DNA of 64,000 nt from Torpedo marmorata. Taxonomy: Eukaryota. The stretch covers positions 29,078,001-29,142,000 of the forward strand of contig OZ360226.1 in assembly GCA_977017645.1 (NCBI GenBank), given 5' to 3'. The notes below the pieces were generated by a model. That model was not told the DNA's origin. It searched no databases and worked only from the letters and a program-made list of their open reading frames with translations. This document shows, in pieces, positions 37,506-50,207 of the stretch. The position numbers and the translations under genes were made by a program. Positions within the stretch are counted from its first letter, which is position 1. Every line of letters starts with the position of its first letter.

Positions 37506-39077
37506 ATGATTCGCCTTTGCGTAATTCATGTCTGCGGACCACTTCGTTTAGGTCCCTTTCTCTAAATGTAAAACCACAATTAAAAGATTCTCAGCTGATG
37601 GTAAAACGCAGGAATGCTGTTCTGCGCATTTACGCGGTGGTAGACTGTGATTTGGACTTTCAGAATGAACATGTGTATTAAATTAATTGATCCGAAGGAT
37701 TTATTTTAAATAAACTAAACCAGATAAAATGTTCAGGCTATCTTTGGGCCAACACATACCCCCATTTACCGCCACCACGTTGATGTGTAGATCTTTTTCT
37801 AAACTCCTGTACCAATTGCGTATGTTAAGACGAATACACTTTTTTGGGGGAAATTAGTCATTGTAACTGGGGTCGAAAATTACCCTTCTGAACTTCTGTT
37901 TATCGACAATTCCTGAGCGGCGGAACCAAGGAGTGTGAATCACTCAACAGTTCGCTAAACGCAGAGGAACAATGCAACATTACATTTATTAGCATTTAAA
38001 TAGTTTTCGAGAGATATGCAAACCGCCTTGAAATCGGAAGGATAGCTACTCCGAGGAAATAAATTTCCCTGTTGAAATCCTAGCTAAAGACGCGTCCAGC
38101 ACATATGATTAATCGTACACTGGAGCGAACAATAGGCCCGCGTCCTTCCACCTCTCTGGCTCGTCATTATTGTGCATGTTTTTATATAAAATAACGTAGT
38201 AATTAATTACCGCTTTTGTTTATTTCTCCCTTTCGAAGAACCAGCGATTTAGAAAATATAAACATGATTGCAAATAATGAATGGCGTGCGGGTGAAGAAT
38301 GGATGGATTTCGCAGCTGCCACGTTTCACACACATGCAATCTCTGTCCTTACATTGCATCTTGACCTATATTTAAAGTTTATGGTACAAACACAGGCCAC
38401 TACTGATGACATAATTCCACACGCCGGAGAGAAATATTATGCAACGCGACACAATTTGTAAGTCGTACCTGTCGTCTCTGGACGGCTTTTCAGCTTTCTA
38501 CCCGTTATATCTTTATACATTTAAAATCTCTAGCCCAAGGCAAAATCCTCGAACATCAGAATGCAAATCTTTAAATATTTTCATGTATTTTTAACAGTTC
38601 CAGAGACCTGTAAATCAATGGCCTTCTGTATGAAATTCAATGCCAGAATTTGTGAAATGTTTTTTTTCTAATTACCAGAGCAGCAGAAATGTTATTAATG
38701 TTAGATTTTCCGCACAAGCGATTGGAACTGATTTACTTTTTAATATGTCAAATAATTTAAGGAGCTTATTGTTTACTGAATATTCTCATTTTTTTAAAAA
38801 ATCTGTGTAATTAAAACTATTGCTCGCATTGTTATAGTTTGGAGCAGCGAAATTTCTCAAATGGTCAAGAAAGTCCATTAAAAAAAGTTGTTTAAAACTT
38901 GAATCGCACATTTTTAAAGTAAGTCATTTATCTTTTGAAGAGGACATATTGTTGCCGTGATTCCAGTGAATGGTTTAACTAACCGCGGTGCAACGAGAGA
39001 GGGTCCGGCTCTCGCGATTTAATGTGAAGCGCGGAATCGGCGTTTCTGGTTGGAGAGGCGGAAAGTTTTGAGCTTAC

Positions 39078-40080
39078 CTGTGTGGGTGCGTTTGTGGATC
39101 TTTAAGTTCTCTGACCTGGCAAAAACTTTGCCACAGCCGGGAAACGGGCAGGGGAACGGCTTCTCGCCTGTGTGCACCCTGATGTGGTTTACCAATTTGT
39201 ATTTGGCTTTGAAAGGTTTGCCTTCCCGGGCGCAATCTTCCCAGAAACAAATGTGGTTGGTCTGCTCGGGACCTCCGACATGCTCCACCGAGACGTGGGT
39301 GACCAGCTCGTGCATCGTGCTGAAGGTTTTGTTGCAGGTCTTTTTGGGGTTGGTTAGTTGCTCGGGATCGACCCACTTGCAGATGAGTTCCTGCTTGATA
39401 GGTTGCCTCATGTATCGGAAGAAGGCTCCGGCGCCGTGATGTGTTGCCATGTTCATACCCATGTTCATATTCATCTGTCCATAATTGTGATGGTGATGGT
39501 GCACCTGGGCGGCCGAGAAGGGGTCAGTCCTAGGACACTGGTCCGAGCGCCCGAATACTTCGCCGGCCAGCCCCAAGCGCATTTGGCCGTTCAGAACGTG
39601 CGCGTTTGAAGTCGGGTGCGATGCGCCTTGTTCGTGGATGCCGGGGAACAGAATATGTGCCGAGGTGTCCGAATGCGGGTGATGCAAACCCCCGGGGCTC
39701 GGTCCGAAAATGCCATGCTGGCCAGAACCCGGGTTCGAATCGGTGAAGCCTCGGCTGCGGAAGATAAAGTCCCGCGTAGAGTTGAAAGCGGCGCCCGAGT
39801 AGGAGCCGACATGGGCGGCGTGGGGAGCCAGAGCAGACGCGTATCCCGGGCCGGCTGCCGCTTGTGCGCTGAAAGCCGAGCTCTGGGCGGCGGACGGGAG
39901 GTCGTGGTGGACGCCGGCGTTCAGCTTGAAGGCTCCCATGTGCGCTGAGTCAACAAAGGTGTTCTGAGAAATGGCCAGCTCCCGGTCGGACATGTCGGCG
40001 GCAGAGTGGTGATGGTGGTGGTGTCTCGCGAAGGTGCCCACCCCGAGGGTCGGGAACTGCGGACCCGCATCCAGCAGCAT
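39078..40080 (-). CDS. ZIC2: ZIC2 exon 1 (ZOC domain, ZF-NC, zinc fingers 1-3); spliced CDS 1353 nt, 450 aa
   Basis: [24 protein letters not shown] start typical of Zic2; [13 protein letters not shown]; [14 protein letters not shown]; phase-1 donor ACA G|gtaagc. Confidence 0.97.
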
Positions 40081-40149
40081 ACCCCTTAAAACGGGGGATA
40101 GGAACTGACCACTTACCCCTTAACCCACCCAACACACGCACCCGGACAG

Positions 40150-40181
<32 letters not shown>

Positions 40182-40183
40182 AA

Positions 40184-40227
<44 letters not shown>
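40150..40227. repeat. Compound (CA)n microsatellite in the Zic2 5' region
   Basis: Two CA tracts, 40150-40178 and 40191-40227. Confidence 0.9.
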
Positions 40228-40229
<2 letters not shown>

Positions 40230-40527
40230 GGGTCAGCAGGAACTTCAGAGACGCCTTGATGTTGTCAGTGTTTACAGTGGTTTTCTAAAAGAATCAGAAC
40301 GCACCAGTTCATGAAATCACCAATCCAGCCCAACGATTCGCCCCTTCCCAACTGCTTTCTCTCTTTTTTTTGCAAATAAATTTAAGCGACGAAAGAAACG
40401 ATCGAGCCAAAATTATCGCGTGTAACTTTTTTGATGTCCTTGAAACAGATTTTTTTTATTGCGATCACATTGAAGTTTGTTTTCTTCTGTGGTTGGAATT
40501 TCCCACGGAGAAAGCGGCTTTGAATGC

Positions 40528-40532
<5 letters not shown>

Positions 40533-40558
<26 letters not shown>
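40533..40558. repeat. (CT)n microsatellite
   Basis: Seen directly. Confidence 0.9.
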
Positions 40559-40565
<7 letters not shown>

Positions 40566-40739
40566 GCTCGCTCTCTGTCGGCAGATGCGCTGTTGTCAGT
40601 GATAGCGGTAATCAGAATGGCAGATAAATAAGGAGCAGAGATAAGAGAATCCGAAGGATAAATGCGTGGGGAGGGGTTGAGGGGGAGGGGGACTTTAAGT
40701 TGGTTCCGCGCCTGTCATATGATGCAGAGTTCGGCTGCT

Positions 40740-40830
40740 GGCTGGAGTGGCAGCGTCTCTCCCAACAGCCCTTTTAAACAGGACAGCGGCTACTCTATTA
40801 TGGCTTTTCATTGGACAGCTCCGCCTCATC
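40740..40830 (-). promoter_or_regulatory. Candidate Zic2 core promoter
   Basis: Minus-strand CCAAT (ATTGG 40810-40814), GC-box-like GAGGCGGAG and TATA-like TTTAAAAG (about 40772-40779) in a CpG-rich region; the TSS cannot be determined from sequence. Confidence 0.4.
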
Positions 40831-42074
40831 CATCCCAGGTAGCTTGCTCCAAACGCGTCGCCATTTTTCATTAATTACGCCTACTTTATTTGTGTTTTTT
40901 TTTCCCCGAGATCGGCCATTACTGCGCCACTGCTTCCTTCCCAGCTCAGCCGGCGAACCAGCAGCATCACGTCTTCACTGCGCAGTAATAAAAGTTAATC
41001 GAAATTTGCTATAATGACTTGCGAGCAAATTGCGCCAGTTGGGATGGTGGGGAGAGGGCGTGGGGGGCGAATCCAATGTCCACAGCGTAACATGCGTTTC
41101 ACAGGTTCCCCTTTCCGAGAGCATGACTGGTGCCTTTCACATTCAAGAATGTAACATGATATAAATTAGACAACTTTTTTTCCCTCCAGGAACTTGTCAA
41201 TTTGAAGGTTTGAAATGAAATGGACAGAACCGGTTGTGATCAGTTTCCAGTTGTGAGATGGTCCTTTGAGCTAAGGGAAAGGATTGACACTTATTAAATT
41301 GCACACCAGTTTTTTCTAGCATTACAATACGCCCTCTTTCCATAAATTCCATTTCCCCCCGCAATTTTGGACGTCGCGATTGCAAAATGAAGAGGGAGCA
41401 CAAATACAACTCCCCCTTGGATTTACTTTGTTTCCTCATTGCCACGATGGTTTCTGGTTGAGAAAGCGATTCAGTGCAATGGGCAAAACTTGCATTAAAG
41501 GGCTAGTCTGGAAAGATGAACGAAAAGCAAAGAAACATAAAGGAAACAGCGCTCACCACGCCCTCCCTTCGCAGCCCTGCTCCTCCTCGACTCCCGCCCC
41601 CCAATCACACATAGTACAGAACAAAATCTTTTCACTTCATTATTCCAAAATGTCACACTGTAATAATGCGAAAAACAAAATATTTGAAAACTGATGTCAC
41701 ACCAAAAGGATTCTGGAAGAAAATTGAACACAACAATAAATGTAATTTTTGTACAAATAATGCATGAAGTTGGATGTTAGTTTGGCGCCCTGTCTTATTT
41801 GCACCCGAGTTCCTAAGTGCTGTTTTTATTATGAACTGGGTTTTTTTTAACAAAATATGTTTTGGGATTGGTTTAATTATCTAATTCCTGTCCAGAACGG
41901 CGCAGCTTCGAGATCACCGTTATTCTTTCACTCCTCGAGGGCTGCACTCTGCAGGGACTGCAGGAGCTGATCCAAGTTCAAAGTCACGTTTGCCGACTTC
42001 TCTACAGAGCTTTGTTATTTTTCCGCAAACCGCCCCCTCCCAAAAAATACACTATCCTTGGTCACTGAGGTTGC

Positions 42075-42104
42075 GAGAGAGAGAGAGACAGACAGACAGA
42101 GATA

Positions 42105-42144
<40 letters not shown>
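42075..42144. repeat. Compound (GA)n/(GACA)n/(GT)n microsatellite
   Basis: Seen directly. Confidence 0.9.
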
Positions 42145-42145
<1 letters not shown>

Positions 42146-42299
42146 GGGTGGGGGAAATGTACAAATTCAATTGTATTTCGGTACCATGGTAGCAGAACGC
42201 AGAACGAAGCTGGAGGTGCACAACAGAAGGGCGAGCGGCTGCTAATCTATCAATTTAATGGTACTTCAACAGGTTTCAATAGGTAAGCAATGAACTCAT

Positions 42300-42528
42300 C
42301 CACCTATCATCTCTCCTGCCTTTGCCACCCCCACCCCCCTCCCCCCTACCCTTTTGATCGGATGCCTGCCGGCATTCTCTCATACCTTGATGAAGGGTTC
42401 AGGCCCGAAACGTTGGTTATGTATTTCTACCTTTGCTACATAAAGGACACTGTTTGACCTGCTGAGTTTCTCCAGCTTTTTGTGTTTTTTACTTCAACCA
42501 CGGTGTCTAGAGATTTTCGTGATTTACT
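42300..42528 (+). mobile_element. Penelope solo pLTR carrying a minimal hammerhead ribozyme motif
   Basis: Highly similar to 2340-2528; 11-bp TSD AATGAACT(C/T)AT at 42289-42299 and 42529-42539. Confidence 0.8.
42381..42421 (+). ncRNA. Minimal type I hammerhead ribozyme motif (C3U variant)
   Basis: CATACC-TTGATGA-A-GGGT tcag GCCC-GAAA-CGT-T-GGTTATG: catalytic core boxes, stem II, palindromic ACGT stem III and an imperfect stem I. Confidence 0.55.
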
Positions 42529-45500
42529 AATGAACTTATTATATGAGAGATGGTGTTCCAAGACTACGGCGAATGTCTCTATCCACTTCACCAAATCCAG
42601 AATCTGATCTCGTCTTTATTGCGACAGCACTTCTTTTGTTAGCGTGCCGGCTTGTTTTAATAACTACCAACAGTGAAGCCCATACAATATCCTCTTTCAC
42701 CCATATCAACCTTGTCACATATTTCAATCTATTTTTGAATAAAGTTAATTAAAGTGCGCCGGAGAACTCAACGAGTTATTCTTGACAAGTAAACTTGATA
42801 TATTTTATTTTTGGGGAAGGGGGTCCAGGATCTAGGGTGAGAGAGAACTTTTTCAGCGACCAACCACTCGACAATATCCCCATTCTGAATGCACACTCGG
42901 AGGATTACGTGCGGCCGCTTGTTTACGGTTTTGTTAGTTTTGAAAATCCCTTGAGCACAACAAAAATATCCCTTCTAAAAATATAGTTCTTGGACAGCAT
43001 TTAAGTGGCAGTGATAACCACTTAGTGGGGGCGGGAAGGAAAAGTCGCCTTTCCTTTTTATTCATCGCTTTGAATACACAATTAAACTCGTGGGTTATTG
43101 AAAAACCGAATATCATACCTTTAAAAACCTCATTTTACTTCAGGAAAATAAGTTGGGGAACGTATTGTATGATATAACAAGGGATTCATCTCTTTCTATA
43201 TGTTACTTATATTCCATAACCTTTATAAAGTGAGTGAAGGCAACAAATATGTATGTGGAAATTTCACATGAACTTTATCAGTGCAAAGATGTCTAAACGT
43301 GATGGAATTATAAATATTACTTATTCCAGGTTTTGTGTTCAAGTATTCGCTTTGGCTCTTACATCAATATGAGTCTGTTCAGGGCTATTTAAGTTGATTG
43401 AGGCAATTATTTTTTATATAATTGCATTTCATCAAATCATCAAATAAATTCAGCTACATTGGAAATCATATTTTATATCAGGAAACTTCCCTTCCATCAA
43501 TCAAGACCCTGAATCCAATGGAGCTAATCAAAGAACCATGACTTTTCAAATGTGTTTACCCTCAGTGTGACCTGAGGTGTGTTTCTTCCTTCAAAGGAAT
43601 ATTGTAAAACCATGCACAGAGTTAATGGAAAATTGTATTCTGCTGAGTACTTATACAATCCTTATACAATCCTTAATTGCCACTTGCTTTAAGTTCATTT
43701 ATGAGTATTTTTAAAATATAAATCTATTTTGTGTTGTGGCAATGGATGTCTCGTGATATACAAATCGAGCAATGAATTTGCTTGTTTGCTTGTTTGACGT
43801 GAGGTGGAAGTGTTTATGTTTTGCCTGCTGATAGGGAACGGCGCAGACATCTCTGAACAAATGCATTGTTGTTAATTTGATCCATACATAAAAAGAGTAG
43901 AATTACAGTATGTACAGTATGGCTCTGTTAGTCGTGGGAACGTTCGAGGAACACAGTTAAATGAATCCACTCACACGTTTGTGAAATACAGTTCCATATG
44001 TTGATATTAGGGACTGGGAACTGGAACTCACTGAACAGACACCGATTAATCTCATGCACAGCTAAGGACTGAGAGGTTTTAAGTACTTATTCAATTAACC
44101 AAAGAAAACCACGCATTCTAAGTGTGTCCAATACTTGTAAAGGATATTTTAGGTGCCAGACAAAGTGAACCGTTAGGGCCTGTTGCTTACTGACAAGCCG
44201 CGCACATCCTTGAAAATACATGTGTACATTACCGCGTTACATTTGAGTATTAACGTTCCCTAAACCTTTGGCGAGGCTTCCAGAAACATTTTACGAAAGC
44301 ATATTAAAGAAAAGACAAACCGAAGTGACATGTGTTATCATTTTACGGGATGGCGACCTATGATTGTTATTCCATAAATTATATCTGCAGTTAACCCCTG
44401 TAAAGTCTGTCCTGTTTTAAAACGCATTAGTGGCGTAATTTATTTCGGTGGCAGTCTGTGGGTGTTCTGCACCTTCTTTTTATCAGTATCTCAATTACAT
44501 TCACATGAGAGGTATGACTATCGTGTAAAGGTAAAGGCGACATGTGGTAAGCATGGGTCCGATTTTTAAAAAAGGGAAAAGCAACACCCAAGTCCTTGAT
44601 ATAATTTGATCTTTATTAACTGATGGAAAAGGAAAAAAGAGAGGAAGAAACGCAATGTTGAGCAAAAGATGGAAAAAATATGGCAGAAATCAACTAATAA
44701 AACAATAGGTTTGTAAAAGAGGTTCAATCATCTGTACATTGACAGCGAATATTGTGATAAGGGTTAGGAGTGAATTTTCTAAAACAATAATTGGTGCATT
44801 AACAATGAAATAATTGCAATATAGCATTTAATTCAAAACAAGTGAAATTATAAGGAAGGTGTGTCCCGCTTGGCCAATCTTTTGGAATAACCTATAAATC
44901 GTAAAGCGACCTCTTTCGCTATAGCCTTTGCTGTAATGTTTTAAATTTTGCATAAACGAAAATATCAAACTTGGAAAACGTGAAATTAACTCATGCAAGG
45001 TCAGATACGTTTATTGCCATATGTTTAAAATATTATAATGTCTAGAGCTTTGTGTCTTCGAATTGTAACATTAATTACTTTGCAACATAAAATCGAAGAC
45101 ATCGCTGCTAACATATTCACCAAAGATCCAGCTTTGATAAGGCAATGTTGTAGAATTTTGGTAATAACATGATTGTTTAAAATTGTTTACACACGCTCGT
45201 GCGCGCCTGCGCGCACACACGACGTTCAAATGCTGGCGGAAAATGTTTAAGTCCCGTACTCACATCTGCATAACCAGATCTGTTTGGGTGTGTGACCATT
45301 CAAAAAGGAGCCGAACACAATACCTCTATTCGCGCTTTCATATTGGTCTGAATAAGTACAAACACATTATAAACAAAGTGTTAAACCTCCAGGAAGTGTT
45401 GCATTCAGTTTACTGATAGTCTATTAATTACCCCATCCATTGAAAAGAAACATGTATCTGTTCAATAATTAAAGGCGTGCAATCAAGCGTATGGCAATTT

Positions 45501-48500
45501 TATGTGAATCCAGCCTTCCAAGGCATGAGGTAATGGAGCGGCGGATTTCTGGAAGGACATGGCTTGTATGATGTGGCAATTGACAGAAAACATGGCTTTG
45601 TAGGCACGTTGCTGTGGTTTACCACCAGTAAGTACTATAAAGGAATGAAGAACAAATACTAAACACACACTACAATGCTTTCAGAATGTTGCACTTGATC
45701 GGGTTTCACCCACCTGCGTTAATGCTCACACTCACGGTGACGGGAAATATCAGAGTTCTCTGAAACTGCAAACCAGCAGCCCTCCTTTTTGTCCCCTGGG
45801 CAGTGTCTCCGTCTTCATCGTGGATTTCGAAATCTCCTTTACAACATATCTTTCGAAAACCTTGGATTCGTTGAGCTGCGCCATCCAACACTTCGTTGCC
45901 CAAAGTTGCCTTAATTTTGACTCCCATCCCCCGCATTTTCCCAACATCTGCTGTCACCCTTTAACGCGATACCTCTGCTGGATTGTTCAGATGTTCTAAT
46001 ACCAATTCCAGGATCCTTAATTTGTACCTCATGCTTTGTTTCGTTTGCGTTATTCAGGTCGCATTAATAACCACTATGATCCCATATTATATCAGTTTGC
46101 TATGCTCCTCAAATTAGCATTATTTAGTCACATTTTCACCGCCCCACCACCTTAGTTGATAATTCGACTCAGTTTGAGTGGAAACCGGCATCCCACCAAA
46201 TATAATGAACAGCTAAAATTAGAATTTTGAACTAGAAGCTTTGAAAAAGAGTAAAAAGAGATAATAAAACGCCAGGAAATCGAAAGCAATTTCCTTAAAA
46301 ACAACCAAGGCTAGAAAAACAGAAACAGGAAACCAATTTATTGCAATTATAACACAAGCACAGTGTTTAATGAGTATTTAGCCTTATCCTCAGAATGGAG
46401 GGAGAGGCGCAGCACTGGGTTAAGAGAGCTCAGAAGGAGAAAATTGGTGTCAGATATTTATTATTTCTGAAATTATTTTTTCACAATGATCGCACTGTGA
46501 ACACAATCCTAATTTGCAAATAGACACCAACTTTCTTCGGAGTCCAGTAAAGAGCAGCATTTTTTGTTGTTGTTGCTTTACACGTATTCTATTAAAACAA
46601 TGCAATCGTTCAGGGCAGCAGAAATGTATAAAGAGTCAGGATTTTATTTCTCTTGTGACACATTGTTACAATTTCTAGAACAAACAAGTGGGAATAAAAT
46701 CGACCACAGAAGAAAGAAGACATTAAGTCATATTAATCGATGACAGATATCATTTTGGATTTAGCAAGGATCGTCACTTTAAATCCCTTGCAGTACAATC
46801 ACCTCACCTCCAACACGTGTTTGTGTAATCAATAATCAAGGCGAACATTTTCAATGGGGAACAAAAACCGAAGTGTGACATTTATTTCATTGCAGATAGC
46901 AAACACTTGTAGCGGGAGCCTCAGAACAAGTGTTTGTGGTGCATTGAAAAATACCCACCTGAAAAGAAACTAAGGAAATTATATTTCCCCATCGTCCTTG
47001 GATTACATATCGCGTGCTTTATAGCACATAATCTTTCGATATTTCATTCGATCTTCTGAATCTCACGTAACGATAGTATTCATTTTATAGTTTGAGGGTC
47101 AATATCATATGTCAATATAGTTCATGTAATCATTTCAAATACAGCAAACAATTCAGACAATGGACGAAAATAAAATAATCGGCTATTTCGTTTTATGTTA
47201 GATTCGGAAATTAGGCATAACATTTTATGTTATATCATATAATCAGATATCACGTTTTATCCTACGTTATTTAATTGGGTATCACGTTTTATGATACAAC
47301 CCCACAAAGTGAGTTGTGCGCCGGAGACTGATTGTTGGTGTGCAATCTTTATAAAGTAAATGGCTGTCAATTGCTTCTTAGCTGGATACAGTAGAAGGCC
47401 AAACTGATTCACAGCTAAAAGTTGAGAGGAACTGCTCGCAGTCCCTTCCTCGTTTGGTCAACTGTTTGCCATTAAGACTTGGCAAAGGTGTTGCACGATG
47501 CGATTTTTTTTGTTATTAGAAATGCAAATTTGGACACCTTGTATATTTTCGTCACATGTCCTCCTGCAGGGTTGGGCGAAAAAAATAACCTGGTGATCGC
47601 AAAAGGTTTCTGAAGAACATCCACGTTGTTTGGCATGGATTGAGGTATCAACGTTGGAAGTTGTGAAGATAGCACAATTAGCAAAGCATTGGTTAAAATA
47701 ACATCATAAAATGCATACCGATAACAAATATACGATCTTATGTACAGAAGAAAACAGGTAATAATGCAAAGATTATTAAACATAATCCCACGATATTGAT
47801 AATATTTATAGATGAGCTATTTGGAAACACTTTTTTCGCTGAATGCCTGTATTGGACTGTAAAGTGACATCGGTTAAGTTAATAAAATAACCAGTGAAAA
47901 ACTCTGGAAAATATTGTGGCTTCGCGTGACGTTATTGAGAAACAGAATTGTTATATGCAAGTCCTGACTGTCGGAAAATAAACCGAGTTACATCAATCCT
48001 TTCGAATATCGTGCTTGATTTCTCTCTCGATTCAATTTCAATAAAAGAATCAGAATGATTTGGGAATCGTATACATATATAATTTATGGACGGTACCTAA
48101 ATGTCAAACAGTGATGAAGTGCAACTGAAACTTAACCAATGATATTGCTTTGTCCCATATTATTGTTTACACATGTCGATTACATCATATTTCTTTACAA
48201 TTGTATTTTAACTCGGAATGACTTGATTAGATAGATTAAGCTACATTGCTTGCCACAGGTACGAAGGTACATTAATGAATAAAACAAGAGTATCATTGCG
48301 TTTGTATATGTTTACGTTTAGTGTAATGTATTTTGCGCTGTAATATTTACTCTTATTTATCACATCCACGGTAGAAAGTTCAAATTAACCATTTGACATT
48401 GAAAACAAAAAAAAATATGTATAATTATTTCCCTCGCTTCTCTAAATCAATGTTTTCAATTCCAACTTCAATCCTAATTTTAATATATAATTATTTCCTT

Positions 48501-49849
48501 TGTTTCTCGAAATAACTTTCCGATTTTAATTTCAATCGTATTTTAACATATTTCCAACAATTCACCATTCTGTTTAAGAAACATTATTTTAGCATGGAAC
48601 GTGTATTACAATTGCCACGCTTTTCAAGAAGAGTTACATTACATAAAAATCCACCGTACATTATTTCATTTTGGAAGAACACGTAAAACGTTGATAAAGT
48701 TAAATGATTCAGCACATGTATTTTTCACTGATAATTTATATTCACAACCCATGTTACTCGTCTCGCTGTTAAAAAGGCATCGCCCAAATTTATTGATGAC
48801 AAAATCTGAATAAAATGTATATATCAGAAGAAGAGACAAAAACTGAGGACCTGAATCCCTGTCGTGGAGGTATAATGGAGACCCTGATGATTAGAGTAAC
48901 ATTAGGCATTTCTGATGTAAGTGAGGATGTTGTGTCGGTTTCGTTTAGTGAGATTGTAACATTCGGATCGTACATAAACTCCAAATAATACAAACGCAGT
49001 AATATACTACATGGGATGATTGGTATTGTGATCTTATAAATCCCCCATTCTTCATCTTGCAAACCAGGTGAGGAAAGAACGCCGCTCATTCCTAATTTAT
49101 AACTTCCATACAAAGTTTTCATTTGCTGAACACATTTATAACCTAATGAATAGTATTAATAGGTGAACATTAATTTAAAATACTAATTATAAAAGGTGAT
49201 ATCGAATTTGGCATATGTATTTTCAACATCAATGGTACTTTGTACAAATGTTCCCAAATCCGTGTTTTTACTCGTAAAATCGTACGTGTTACAATCGAAT
49301 ACCGCTGGTATATAAACAATTCTACTCCCGGATATCTAAATCAGTTATTAGTAATTGGTAGTCATATGCATAAACAAGCGGTAGTGATGAGTTCCAGATA
49401 TATTTACATCAGCGTAAATTATGTTTATTGCAAATTTAAATTTAAAATCAATACATCAATATTTAGGGTGCTTCGTGGTAAGAATTGTATAACCAGTTTT
49501 GGAATCATTAATTTTTAAATGGTCCAAGCAAACCACTTTTGGTACATGTGATGTGTCACCAATGTTCATGACTAAGAAGCGAATTTCAAAGGAACATGAC
49601 CACAACTAGTATTTTACATGAAGATTCTGCAGAGGGGAGGGGCGAGTTAATTGAAACCTTTAATGGCCAGTTATGGAGTTTCCGTGCCATTTTAGTTTGG
49701 GTGCTGAGGGAGGTGTTTGTTTGAAGGGGGGGGGGGCTTGGATGAAGGGGAGCGGTGAAGGAAATAAGTTTACTAAAGTTTTGGAGTCAACATTTGAGCA
49801 GAGCAACATTGTGTGAAGTGCGGGAGGAGAATTGGAGTGGGGAGAAGGG

Positions 49850-50075
49850 GTGGATCCCGCGGCGCCGCTCGGCTGAAAACGGGCGAATTGCCTGAACGGT
49901 AGATCTGCCAATCACCCCCAAAAGCTCCAATCGCGGCCCTGCCATCTCTGAACTATATTTCCCCACTGTGTCACCTAACTGTTCCATGATCTGCCAATCG
50001 CTTGAGAACAGAGTGAGAAAGGCAGAGTTAAGAGTGCTTTTTAAAAAAGTACTTTAACCACGCTCAATAATATAT
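49850..50075 (+). promoter_or_regulatory. Candidate Zic5 promoter
   Basis: Three CCAAT boxes (49908, 49927, 49994), two of them inside an identical GATCTGCCAATC 12-mer; CpG-rich; AT-rich elements at about 50040-50075. Confidence 0.55.
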
Positions 50076-50119
50076 TTTCAGGCTTTGTTTTTTGTGGGGC
50101 GGGGTGGGTGGGGGAGGGG

Positions 50120-50145
50120 GAGAGAGAGAGAGAGAGAGAGAGAGG
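50120..50145. repeat. (GA)n microsatellite in the Zic5 5' region
   Basis: Seen directly. Confidence 0.9.
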
Positions 50146-50207
50146 GAGGACAGGGGAAAAAAAAACCTGTCCCACCAACTAGCGTGGATGAACTGACTTG
50201 CGTAGCT

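Noticed and set aside
48415-48550. Degenerate tandem duplication of about 65 bp
   Set aside because: AT-rich, diverged and only two copies, with no sign of function
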